The notes under the pieces were generated by a model, which saw nothing but the letters and a program-made list of their open reading frames with translations, was not told the origin of the DNA and did not search any database. A DNA stretch of 64,000 bases from Dehalococcoidia bacterium (GTDB lineage: Bacteria; Chloroflexota; Dehalococcoidia; Lucifugimonadales; UBA3495). The position numbers and the translations under genes were made by a program. Shown here piece by piece: positions 55,706 through 64,000 of this stretch (position 1 is its first letter; the number at the start of each line of letters is the position of its first letter). The stretch is taken from NCBI GenBank assembly GCA_963668585.1, contig OY764869.1, positions 201,880-265,879 on the forward strand, given 5' to 3'.

Positions 55706-56911
55706 TCAGGGCAGCGCGCCCTCCCGGCGGAACACGTCGGCCAACTTTTCGACCCCTTCCCATATCTCCGCTTCGGATGGCAGGGCGAAGCACAGTCGGA
55801 TGTACTCGGCGGCGGCGTCAGGGTCCGCAGACCAATCCGGCCCGGGGTTGAAGGCGATGCCTTCGCGCAGCGCCGGGCCGGCCAGCGCGCGAGAATCCAC
55901 GCCGGCGGGCAGTTTGACCCAGAGGTACATCCCGCCCCTGGGCGCCTCAAAATCGACGCTCGGCCCGAACGACTCACGCAGCGCACTGCTCAGAGTGTCG
56001 CACTTGCGCTTCAGAGCCGACCGCATCTCCAGTATGTGGTCCTCGTAGTGGTTGGTGAAATAGTCGCCCACGATCATCTGGTCCATGATGCCGGTGCCCC
56101 CGTCGTTCTTGCGGGTCAGCAGTCGGCTCATCACATCCCAGGGAGCGACCACATAGCCGAGACGTGTGCCGGGCCCCAGGGTTTTTGAGAAGGAACCTAT
56201 GTGCAGCACCCGGTTGCTGTCGTCCAGGGACCGGATGGCGTTTTCGTACTCACCCTCGAATATGAGGTCGGCGTAGCATTCGTCCTCGAATATCGGGACG
56301 CCGTACTCTTCGCTCAGTTCCAGCATCCGGAACCGACGCTCCATGGTCATCACGGTGCCGGTGGGATTCTGGAGCGTCGGGATGGTGTAGATGTACTTGG
56401 GACGCACGCCACGGTTCCGCAGGTCTTCGAGCGCCTGGGCGAGATGGTCCATGCGCATCCCGTCCTGGTCCACCTCGATGCCCACGATGTTCACTTTCCT
56501 GCGCCTCAGGTTGCCCAGGGCGCCGGAGAAACTGAATGCCTCGACGATGGCGGTGTCGCCCTCCTCCAGCAGGATCTCGTTGATCAACTCGATGGCCAAG
56601 CCCGACCCCGATGTGATCAGCACCTCGTCCACCGACGTGTTGATCCCGCGATGTTCAGCGAGTTTGTCAACCAGGAACTGGCGCAACGGCATGATGCCCT
56701 GCGGCCCGCCGTCGAAGTTGTACATGGAGATGTTGCGCGGATCGCCCTGAAATACCCGGGTAGCGGACTCTATGAAGCCTTCCACGGGAACCATGTCGGG
56801 GTCGCTGTGACCGCCGATGAAGTTGTACCTGGGGTGGCCTTCCCACTGGCCCGCCGGGGGAGGAAGGTTCCTGTTGAAGAGCGCGGAATAGTCCAAGCCT
56901 TGCCCTGGCAT
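55706..56911 (-). CDS. PLP-dependent aminotransferase, class I/II fold
   Basis: SFSKTLGPGTRLGY motif with the PLP lysine; 401 aa. Confidence 0.85.
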   Translation of the reverse strand: MPGQGLDYSALFNRNLPPPAGQWEGHPRYNFIGGHSDPDMVPVEGFIESATRVFQGDPRNISMYNFDGGPQGIMPLRQFLVDKLAEHRGINTSVDEVLITSGSGLAIELINEILLEEGDTAIVEAFSFSGALGNLRRRKVNIVGIEVDQDGMRMDHLAQALEDLRNRGVRPKYIYTIPTLQNPTGTVMTMERRFRMLELSEEYGVPIFEDECYADLIFEGEYENAIRSLDDSNRVLHIGSFSKTLGPGTRLGYVVAPWDVMSRLLTRKNDGGTGIMDQMIVGDYFTNHYEDHILEMRSALKRKCDTLSSALRESFGPSVDFEAPRGGMYLWVKLPAGVDSRALAGPALREGIAFNPGPDWSADPDAAAEYIRLCFALPSEAEIWEGVEKLADVFRREGALP

Positions 56912-57075
56912 TTGCTGATCCTCCGTTTATGTCGGCGTGTGTCCGCTGCGTGGGTGAAGCCAAATCCGTTGGCATCCTAACACCGCCGGCGTCCGGCGTC
57001 GACGGTGAATCCGGTGTCTGCTGCGCCACTGAGCGGACGTTGGGACGGAGGGTCGCAGTCTCGACGCGCACTCTC

Positions 57076-57609
57076 TCAGAAGAAGAGGCTCAGGTTCTTG
57101 GCCAGGATGACGTTGGAGTCCAGCACGATGGTGCGACGGGCTATCTTCCAGCCTCCGTCGGCCGGTCGCAGCAGGTCTTCCCGGTATCCGGCGAAGATGT
57201 TCTCCTCGGTCTCGTGGTGTGAACGGTAGATGATGAATGCCGTCCGCGCGTTGACCTCGCCGTCGGGCTGCGGTTCCACCACCAAATTTCCCACCAGGTG
57301 GCGAGTGCGCGAGGGCGGGTCCTCGCCCCAGGCCATGCCCGTTTCCAGCCGTTCCACGCGCATGGTCAGGTAGGTCTTGTCATCCTCAAAAATCGCCAGG
57401 TCGCCCACCGGAGTCAACTCACGGTCGGTCTCGTGGCGGTGGACGTTCAGCCGGCGGGGCATGAAATAGAAAACGTCCTCGGTGAACAGGTCCAGCCATT
57501 CACGGAACCGCCTTTCGTCCAGCATCCATGCTTCGCGGATGTAGAACTCCATCAGTTCGTGCCAGAGTTCCATCCGCGCCGCGATTGTGGTCCGCGTCTC
57601 GGTAGCCAT
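57076..57609 (-). CDS. aromatic ring-hydroxylating dioxygenase beta subunit
   Basis: 177-aa SnoaL/NTF2-like fold directly downstream of the alpha subunit. Confidence 0.8.
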   Translation of the reverse strand: MATETRTTIAARMELWHELMEFYIREAWMLDERRFREWLDLFTEDVFYFMPRRLNVHRHETDRELTPVGDLAIFEDDKTYLTMRVERLETGMAWGEDPPSRTRHLVGNLVVEPQPDGEVNARTAFIIYRSHHETEENIFAGYREDLLRPADGGWKIARRTIVLDSNVILAKNLSLFF

Positions 57610-57616
57610 GACCCTC

Positions 57617-58960
57617 CTAGCCGCGCAGCGTGGCGACGCCGTCGTACTGCATGACCCTGGGTTCCAGGGGGATGTCCTCCCAGTTGTCGGCGTTCATGAA
57701 CTGCTCCCAGCGACGGTAGAAAAGGCGCTGGTTGCTTTCCGACGTGTACCGTTCCGCCACCAGGCCCGGGTACTCAGGATGCCTCCGGTCGTGGCCGACG
57801 CCCATGGACAGGTCCTGCGTGTAGCGGCGACCCATCGGCGTGAGGGCGGAGCGTGTGACGCCGCGCCAGTTGTCCATGTCGTCCTGCTCAAAGATGCCGT
57901 TGACGCCGTTGTAGTTGGCGCTGCCCCGACGCAGAGCGGTTTTCAGATCCTCGGGCATATCCTTCTCCAGCACGGCGAAGTGCCAGAACTCGGTCTGCAG
58001 CGGGCCGCGCGGATGGGCCAGCCGCAACCCCAGCACGCCGTTGGGGAACAGGCTGTGATTCCCCAGGTGCAGCCGGCGCGCCCGCAGGCTGCCCAGCCGT
58101 CGTTCCGCCTCGGGCAGCGTGCGCCGGTAGTATTCCTCAAAGGCCTCGCGGTTCTCGGCGGTAACGCCGTGGGCCTGGCGCACCTGGTGGGCATATTCCA
58201 AGAATCGCATGGTGAGGGAGTGCCCGTTGACGAACAGGTGCTTGTTCTCCGACTGGAACTGCTGCTCGTGGGTAAGCCGGGGAAGGCCGCGATGCCGCCC
58301 CTGCACGATGATGGTGGACAGGTGGGTCGTGGGCACATGGTAGTTGTCGGAGCAGTTGTCCACCGCCGTTTTCCAGTTGACCGGCTCAATCCACTTGATG
58401 GGACCAACGGCCTCGGTTCCGTTGTCCAGCCGGTTGAAGCTCACGTCCAGCAGCCACCGGGCATCGCCCAGGTAATCGTCCAGGCTGGGCGCACTGCGGT
58501 CCCAGGTGGCGAACACGATGCCGGCGTAGGTGTCCACCCGCGCTTCCACCAGGCGCAGGCCGTCCCGATGCAGCGCGCCGTAGTAGGCCTCCTCCTCGCC
58601 CGGCAGGTACTCCAACTCTCCGCCGTTGGAGAAGGTCCAGCCGTGGTAGGCGCAGGCGAAGTTGCGGGCATTGCCGACGTCGGTGCGGACGATGCGGTTG
58701 CCCCGGTGGCGGCACATATTCAGGTATGCCCGCAGGTTGCCGCTGCCGTCGCGACACAGGATCACCGGTTCCTCCCCCATGTAGGTGTGGAAGAAATCGT
58801 TGGTTTTGGGCACCAGCGACTCGTGACCGATCATCAGCCAGGCCCGCCCGAATACCTTTTCCTGCTCCTCGGCGTAGATGTCAGGGTCAACGAATATGCG
58901 CCGGTCAAGCTGTCCCGTTTCGAGGTCGATTATCTGGTGTTCGCGGCCATTGGCAACCAT
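57617..58960 (-). CDS. Rieske aromatic ring-hydroxylating dioxygenase alpha subunit
   Basis: Rieske motif CRHRG...CAYHGW and mononuclear-iron motif DNCSDNYHVPTTH. Confidence 0.9.
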   Translation of the reverse strand: MVANGREHQIIDLETGQLDRRIFVDPDIYAEEQEKVFGRAWLMIGHESLVPKTNDFFHTYMGEEPVILCRDGSGNLRAYLNMCRHRGNRIVRTDVGNARNFACAYHGWTFSNGGELEYLPGEEEAYYGALHRDGLRLVEARVDTYAGIVFATWDRSAPSLDDYLGDARWLLDVSFNRLDNGTEAVGPIKWIEPVNWKTAVDNCSDNYHVPTTHLSTIIVQGRHRGLPRLTHEQQFQSENKHLFVNGHSLTMRFLEYAHQVRQAHGVTAENREAFEEYYRRTLPEAERRLGSLRARRLHLGNHSLFPNGVLGLRLAHPRGPLQTEFWHFAVLEKDMPEDLKTALRRGSANYNGVNGIFEQDDMDNWRGVTRSALTPMGRRYTQDLSMGVGHDRRHPEYPGLVAERYTSESNQRLFYRRWEQFMNADNWEDIPLEPRVMQYDGVATLRG

Positions 58961-59088
58961 CGGGCGCCCTCCGTAGTGGTCAGTTCGGAGCTTTGTTCCA
59001 CAGTATCAATCATCCCGTGCATCCTGTCCATGCGTGCGGTAGAGTGACGACAGAGAGCACAGACCCTGCCCGCAGGAGTTGAGCAGAC

Positions 59089-59934
59089 ATGACCGCCAAC
59101 GCGTTCACCGAAGAATCCAGCAGCCGCACCATCACGGTCAACGACATGCCCGTGCATTACCACGACGTGGGCGAGGGCGAACCGGTGGTGATGCTCCATT
59201 CCTACGGCATCGGAACCACCGGGTGGATAACCTTCCACAGGGTTCTGGACGCCTTCGCCGAGCGCTACCGCTGCATCGTGATGGATCTGCCCAACTTCGG
59301 GCGCACCGGGCCGGTGGTGTACCACGAACCGTTGCATAACCTGCAGGCCCGCACCGCGCTTGGCCTCATGGACGCCCTGGGCATCGAAAGGGCGCACCTG
59401 GTGGGCAACTCGCAGGGCGGCCAGTCAGCCATGGTGCTGGCCATGAAGGAACCGCACCGGGTCAACAAACTGGTATTCGGCGCGTGCCACATCCGCACCG
59501 GCGGCGACCTGTACCTCATGGGCAACCGGCCGTCGGAGGGCAGCCTGGTAACCAGCGAGGTGCGCGCCAACCCAACCCGCGACAACGTCCGCCGCTATCT
59601 GCAAACGCACATCGACGACAACGCGCTGGTGACCGACGAACTGGTGGACTATATCCACGGCAACTACACCGGCAACCCCGACCACATCGAAGCCGACGCC
59701 AACTCCGTCAGCGTACCCTACGACCACGGCGTTGACCTGCCCAACATCACCGCGCCCAGCCTGATAATCTGGGGACGCTATGACCGGATGTGCGTCTTTG
59801 AGATCGGCATCGCCGCCCTGAACAACCTCGCCGATTCCAGGCTGGTGGTCCTGAACAACTGCGGCCACTGGGTTCCCTTCGAAAAACCGGAGGAATACAC
59901 ATCGCACGTGCTCAACTTCCTCAAAGGCTGGTAG
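59089..59934 (+). CDS. alpha/beta hydrolase, meta-cleavage product (C-C bond) hydrolase-like
   Basis: GNSQGG nucleophile elbow and a C-terminal CGHWVPFEKP motif. Divergent from the Rieske genes. Confidence 0.8.
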   Translation: MTANAFTEESSSRTITVNDMPVHYHDVGEGEPVVMLHSYGIGTTGWITFHRVLDAFAERYRCIVMDLPNFGRTGPVVYHEPLHNLQARTALGLMDALGIERAHLVGNSQGGQSAMVLAMKEPHRVNKLVFGACHIRTGGDLYLMGNRPSEGSLVTSEVRANPTRDNVRRYLQTHIDDNALVTDELVDYIHGNYTGNPDHIEADANSVSVPYDHGVDLPNITAPSLIIWGRYDRMCVFEIGIAALNNLADSRLVVLNNCGHWVPFEKPEEYTSHVLNFLKGW

Positions 59935-59958
59935 GTCGGCGCGCGTGGGCGCACCCTG

Positions 59959-59992
59959 AAAAAGCATCGGCCCCGCAGGCGCGGGGCTGATG
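59959..59992 (-). terminator. rho-independent terminator for the minus-strand gene ending at 60042
   Basis: Stem catc(a/g)gccccgc with loop gcct (minus-strand reading), followed on the minus strand by cTTTTT (plus-strand aaaaa at 59959-59963). Confidence 0.6.
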
Positions 59993-60041
59993 CGCAATCA
60001 CCGGACTCGAACGGTGGCAGCCGTATGCGCCGGCTGGCCGG

Positions 60042-60866
60042 CTACTCCAGGTTTCGCAGCAGGCTGCCGTAGCCGTCGATGGGCTTCGTCCAGCCCAGCC
60101 TGCGCAGGGCCATCCAGATGGTGGCCTGGTTGACCGTGATCACCGTCTTGCCCAGCCTCTGCTCCAGTTCTTCCGCCGCGTCCAGCGCGCGCCAGGCCGT
60201 GCCGGGCAGGAAGATGGTATCTGCTTCGTCCTGGGCCACCGTAGGCACGAAGTCGATGATGGTCTGCGGCGGTTCGGCGTCGATTTCGCGCGGGTTCATG
60301 GAGTCCTGCATCCACGGCTCGCCGTCGGCGTTCAGCACCTCAAAGCCGGCCTCTTCCATCAATGGCTTGAGGCGGTTGCGCAGGTGGTAGTTGCGGTAGG
60401 GGCCGGCGATGCTCAACTTGCGGCTGCCCATGTGCTGCATGGCCGCGATGCACGAACTCACGGCGGTTATGGACTGGATGCCGCTGGCTTCCTCCATGAT
60501 CTTTGCCACCATCCGGTCATATTCCATGTAGCCCTTGTGCCAGGTGCCGGAGGTGCAGGCGTACATCAGGACGTCGGGGCCGATGTTGGACAGAGCGCTG
60601 GCCCCGCGGGCAACGTCGTCGTTCATCTTGCCCACGTCGAACCCGAACAGCGCGTAATCGACCTCGTTGGCTTCGTTGCTGGTCATGTCGAGACGGTGTC
60701 CGCTCTCGGTGGAAATCTCCGGCTGGGTTCCCCAGGTTCCGTTCCACATCCGTTCGAAATGCACCGTGATTTCCGGAGGCACCACCCGGTAGAAATCCGG
60801 TTCGACCACCGGGTTGGTCGCGGGAACCAGGGCGCCGATGCGGCGCGTGTTGGTAAGATTCGCCAT
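60042..60866 (-). CDS. Asp/Glu racemase superfamily enzyme (maleate isomerase/arylmalonate decarboxylase-like)
   Basis: IGALVPATNPVVEPD and LMYACTSGTW motifs. I prefer the ATG at 60866 (GGAGCAGAGGAAA upstream). The ATG at 60881 is an alternative start. The rest of the 602-aa ORF was rejected. Confidence 0.7.
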   Translation of the reverse strand: MANLTNTRRIGALVPATNPVVEPDFYRVVPPEITVHFERMWNGTWGTQPEISTESGHRLDMTSNEANEVDYALFGFDVGKMNDDVARGASALSNIGPDVLMYACTSGTWHKGYMEYDRMVAKIMEEASGIQSITAVSSCIAAMQHMGSRKLSIAGPYRNYHLRNRLKPLMEEAGFEVLNADGEPWMQDSMNPREIDAEPPQTIIDFVPTVAQDEADTIFLPGTAWRALDAAEELEQRLGKTVITVNQATIWMALRRLGWTKPIDGYGSLLRNLE

Positions 60867-60896
60867 TTTCCTCTGCTCCATGCCAATTTCGGGAGT

Positions 60897-60902
60897 ATTA
60901 TA
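60897..60902 (-). promoter_or_regulatory. candidate -10 box (TATAAT on the minus strand) in a divergent intergenic region
   Basis: The plus strand reads attata at 60897-60902, 16 nt upstream of the ATG at 60881. There is no convincing -35 element. Confidence 0.3.
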
Positions 60903-60962
60903 CAACCCCGTTGAGACGCATCTGCACGGTGCGTCGCACGCTGTCAACACGGAGGGAAAACT

Positions 60963-62120
60963 ATGGGTTGGTCCACCAACCATCCGAACGGCCTGATTCA
61001 CTATGCGCCCCAACAGGCCTACCGGGGTTACACCCTGGTCACCAACCTCAACGGGTACGAATCGCGCCTCATCGACATGGATGGCCGCGTCTGCCACGCG
61101 TGGCGCTCCAACGAGGGCATCAGCTACGCGTACCTGCTGGCCAACGGCAACCTGCTGCTGCGGACCGGCCCGGGGGCGCAGGAAGTCTCGTTCCTGACCC
61201 GTCCGGAGCGGGATTTGGTGCCGCGCGGCGGCCGGACGGTGGCCGGAGCCATCCTGGAACTCGACTGGGATGGCAACGTGGTCTGGGAATACCGGTATCC
61301 ACTGCTGCACCACGATTTCGAGCGACTGCCCAACGGCAACACCCTGGCGCTGGCCTGGGAACTCATCCCCGACGAGATGGTTCAGCAGGTCAAGGGCGGT
61401 TTCGAGTCGGGCGACGGACACCAGGGTATGCTGGGCGACGTGGTGCGGGAGGTTACGCCGGCCGGCGAAGTGGTCCATGAGTGGACCTCCTGGGACTATC
61501 TGGACTTCGATGAAGACTGCATCTGCTTCCTGGAAGGTCGCGGCGAGTGGACGCACCAGAACACCCTCAACGTCACCCCCGAAGGCGACCTGGTGGTCAG
61601 TTTCCGTCAGACCGACACCGTGGGCATCGTTGACCGCGCCAGCGGAAAGTTTCGCTGGAAGTGGGGCCCGGGCAACATCTCGCACCAGCACAACCCCACC
61701 ATGCTGGGGAATGGCCGAGTCCTCATCTTCGACAACGGCCCGCACAAGAGCGGCGTCACCCACTCGCGGGTCATCGAAGTGGATCCGGGCAACAACCAGA
61801 TCGCCTGGGAGTATCGGGGCGACCCTCCCATATCCTTTTACAGCTACCACATCAGCGGGGCCGAGCGTCAGCCCAACGGCAACACCCTGATCTGCGAAGG
61901 CGCCCCCGGACGCATCTTCGAGGTCACGCCCGGCCGGGACATAGTGTGGGAGTACATCAATCCCTTCATGGCGGCAAGCGGCTACGGCGTCGGCGATTCA
62001 ATCTCCGGATACGCCAACTCCGTGTTCCGCGCCCACCGCTACGGCCACGACCATCCCGCGCTGCAGGGCAGGGACCTCGACCCGGACCGGTACGCCAACC
62101 GGAACCGTCTGTACGCCTGA
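60963..62120 (+). CDS. arylsulfotransferase (ASST) family beta-propeller protein
   Basis: GYTLVTNL...LIDMDGRV, HHDFERLPNGNTL, THQNTL and RQPNGNTLI blade motifs. GGAGGGA RBS. Confidence 0.65.
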   Translation: MGWSTNHPNGLIHYAPQQAYRGYTLVTNLNGYESRLIDMDGRVCHAWRSNEGISYAYLLANGNLLLRTGPGAQEVSFLTRPERDLVPRGGRTVAGAILELDWDGNVVWEYRYPLLHHDFERLPNGNTLALAWELIPDEMVQQVKGGFESGDGHQGMLGDVVREVTPAGEVVHEWTSWDYLDFDEDCICFLEGRGEWTHQNTLNVTPEGDLVVSFRQTDTVGIVDRASGKFRWKWGPGNISHQHNPTMLGNGRVLIFDNGPHKSGVTHSRVIEVDPGNNQIAWEYRGDPPISFYSYHISGAERQPNGNTLICEGAPGRIFEVTPGRDIVWEYINPFMAASGYGVGDSISGYANSVFRAHRYGHDHPALQGRDLDPDRYANRNRLYA

Positions 62121-62164
62121 GTCAGAGCCAAATCCCGCACCCACATTGTCGTCGGAGGTGTCTA

Positions 62165-63064
62165 TTGCGCATCCTGGTCATAGGAGCCAGCGGTTTCATC
62201 GGGCGGTACCTGATGCGTCGGCTGAGCGAATCGGCCGACCATGAAGTGGCCGGCACCTTCCGGTCTCAGCCGCCGGACGACGACGGCAACTCATGGCTCC
62301 ATCTTGAACTCACCGAACCGGACGCTCTTGAGCAGGTATTCCAGCAGACCCGTCCGCACGTGGTGGTGCATCTCGCCGCCATCGCCGACATCGGAACCGC
62401 CGAACGGGACCCGGAGCGCGCCACCGCAGTCAACGTGGCCGCAACGTCAACCATCGCGGGGCTGTGCGCAAGGTACGGGTCCAAGCTGATTTTCGTGTCC
62501 ACCGAGTGCGTGTTCGGTGGTCAACGCGGATTCTACCGCGAGGGTGAGACCCCGGCGCCCACGACCCACTACGGCCGAACCAAGTGGGAGGCTGAGCAGG
62601 AAGTGGCGTGGCAGGTGGAATTCTGGAGCATCGTGCGCACCAGCATCGTGTACGGCTGGCCGCATCCCGGCAAGGGCAACTTCGCGCCGTGGCTCATCGA
62701 AAACCTGCGGAGCGGACGGCCCTACCGCGCACCCGCCGACGTGTTGCGGACGCCGGTGTATGTCGAGCATCTCGTCGATGGCATCGCCAGAACAGCGGAA
62801 GGCGATTACCCGGGCATCCTGCACGTGGCCGGCCGCGATTGGGTCAGCATGTATGAATTCGCGCTCGCCATCGCCGACGCCTTCGAACTGGACGCAAATC
62901 TGGTGGAGTCAGCGGACCCTGATAGCATTTCGCGCGCCGGCCAATCCACCCACCCCGACCGGCTGGGCCTCAATTGCGCGCAGACGATGGCCCAGTTGAA
63001 CCTGGCCCATCCGGGCCTGGCGGAAGGCATCGCCGCGTTGCAGGCCGACGCCCGGGGACGCTGA
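62165..63064 (+). CDS. SDR-type NAD(P)-dependent sugar nucleotide reductase (RmlD-like)
   Basis: The TTG start at 62165 is preceded by GGAGGTG. ILVIGASGFIG and YGRTK motifs. The ORF-track upstream 168 aa were rejected. Confidence 0.7.
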   Translation: MRILVIGASGFIGRYLMRRLSESADHEVAGTFRSQPPDDDGNSWLHLELTEPDALEQVFQQTRPHVVVHLAAIADIGTAERDPERATAVNVAATSTIAGLCARYGSKLIFVSTECVFGGQRGFYREGETPAPTTHYGRTKWEAEQEVAWQVEFWSIVRTSIVYGWPHPGKGNFAPWLIENLRSGRPYRAPADVLRTPVYVEHLVDGIARTAEGDYPGILHVAGRDWVSMYEFALAIADAFELDANLVESADPDSISRAGQSTHPDRLGLNCAQTMAQLNLAHPGLAEGIAALQADARGR

Positions 63065-63078
63065 AACCTGCCCCACGC

Positions 63079-64000
63079 TCACGCAAACGCCGGCATCACC
63101 TCGTCCGCAAACAGGCGGATGGACTGTCTCGCGGCTTCGGGCGAGATGTAGCCGAACAGGTGCCGCGCGCAGAAGATGTCGTGGCCGATGAGGTCGTGCT
63201 GTTCTGCCAACTTCCTGGCCACGGTTTCCGGACTGCCCACCAGCGCGATGCCGTTGTCGATCCAGAAGTCATAGGACTGGGCGCGTTCGCGGAAGATGCG
63301 GCGCAGTTCCGCCCGCTCCGGCGTGCCGGGATCATCACCACGCATGCCGTGGGGTCCGTAGCCGATGCGGGTGTCCCCGATGATGTCCCGGCCCTTGCCG
63401 GCGGGAACCGCCGATGGGAAGGCAGCGGTGGCCAGGTGCGGTTCCGCCTGTTCACGGGCCTTGGCGTCCGTTTCCGCCACGTGGACATGGCGGGTGAGGA
63501 AGGTCCTGGGCATCGGAGTGTCGTGGCCGGCTTCCCGCCACAGTCCGCGCCAGGTGTCGAACTTGTCGGCGATCACCTGGTCCGTGTCGATATTTTGCGA
63601 GACGTGGAAATTGTGGCGGGCGGCATACTCGAAACTGGCCGCGCTGTGGCAGCCGAACCAGACCGGCGGGTGCGGTTTCTGGTAGGGGTCGGGCGTGGTC
63701 AACACCTCGTCGAACTGAAAAAACTCCCCTTCGTAGGTGACGCTTCCTTCTTTCCACGCCATCAGGATGATGTCGAGGGCTTCCTCGCTGATATCCCGCC
63801 GGCGGTCGAAGTCCACGTTCCACCTCAGGAACTCGTGGCTGGTGACGCCGGTGCCGGCCCCGAACTCGACGCGTCCGTGGGAAAGGTGGTCCAGCATCGC
63901 CACCTCTTCCGCCAGCCGTATGGGGTGATGGAAGGGCAGTTGGTAGATCATCACGCCGAACCGCATGGCGCTGGTGGCCCGCGCCAACGCCGTCAGGTAC
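63079..64000 (-). CDS. LLM-class flavin-dependent oxidoreductase; N-terminus runs off the window edge
   Basis: The LLM core FHHPIRLAEEVAMLDHLSHGRVEFGAGTG sits only about 20 aa from the first in-window Met, so the true start is probably beyond 64000. Confidence 0.75.
   Translation of the reverse strand, partial: YLTALARATSAMRFGVMIYQLPFHHPIRLAEEVAMLDHLSHGRVEFGAGTGVTSHEFLRWNVDFDRRRDISEEALDIILMAWKEGSVTYEGEFFQFDEVLTTPDPYQKPHPPVWFGCHSAASFEYAARHNFHVSQNIDTDQVIADKFDTWRGLWREAGHDTPMPRTFLTRHVHVAETDAKAREQAEPHLATAAFPSAVPAGKGRDIIGDTRIGYGPHGMRGDDPGTPERAELRRIFRERAQSYDFWIDNGIALVGSPETVARKLAEQHDLIGHDIFCARHLFGYISPEAARQSIRLFADEVMPAFA

Noticed and set aside
57587-59047. 486-aa plus-strand ORF
   Set aside because: It is antisense to the Rieske alpha subunit, which carries unambiguous Rieske and iron motifs.
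60882-61850. N-terminal 320+ aa of the 602-aa minus-strand ORF 60042-61850
   Set aside because: This part is antisense to the arylsulfotransferase-family gene. The recognisable racemase-superfamily protein begins at MEQRKMANL, with an RBS and a TATAAT just upstream.

Overview
High-GC bacterial chromosomal segment; the single 60-nt lines I counted by eye were about 65-68% G+C. It is densely coding: about 60 supportable CDS and one tRNA-Pro(GGG). I saw no rRNA, CRISPR array, transposase, integrase or recombinase. Most genes are oxidoreductase or catabolic: five luciferase-like (LLM/F420-type) oxidoreductases (two cut by the window edges), four SDRs, a GMC oxidoreductase, an Fe-alcohol dehydrogenase, acyl-CoA dehydrogenase plus crotonase, a Rieske dioxygenase alpha/beta pair, a meta-cleavage-type hydrolase, a LigB-type extradiol dioxygenase, an HpaB-type monooxygenase and a copper amine oxidase. 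There is also a five-gene polar amino-acid ABC transporter with two tandem lipoprotein binding proteins, an Fe(III)-type binding protein, a class III PHA synthase cluster (PadR, phasin-like, PhaC, PhaE-like, PhaB/FabG), panB and a VapBC pair. Lineage guess (inference only): a Chloroflexota-like monoderm, based on lipobox-anchored binding proteins, the LLM/F420 expansion and dispersed palindromic elements that read as FDRLRMSG in spurious ORFs. Regions that ordinary annotation does not explain: (1) a visibly low-GC islet at 32.9-34.4 kb, encoding a three-part protein that ends in a nucleoside-2-deoxyribosyltransferase/TIR-like module, next to a retropepsin-like protease; this is my best candidate for an undescribed defence-type system. 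(2) A surface-protein cluster at 51.0-55.2 kb with a membrane-anchored collagen-like protein and two hyper-acidic anchored paralogues. (3) A DUF6883-like/DUF4926-like pair inside a beta-oxidation operon, with the DUF4926-like module fused to an enoyl-CoA hydratase. (4) A coiled-coil protein carrying six near-identical 21-bp in-frame repeats. (5) A family of palindromic repeat elements at three or more loci. All family and DUF names come from reading motifs by eye and from memory. None was confirmed by a search.
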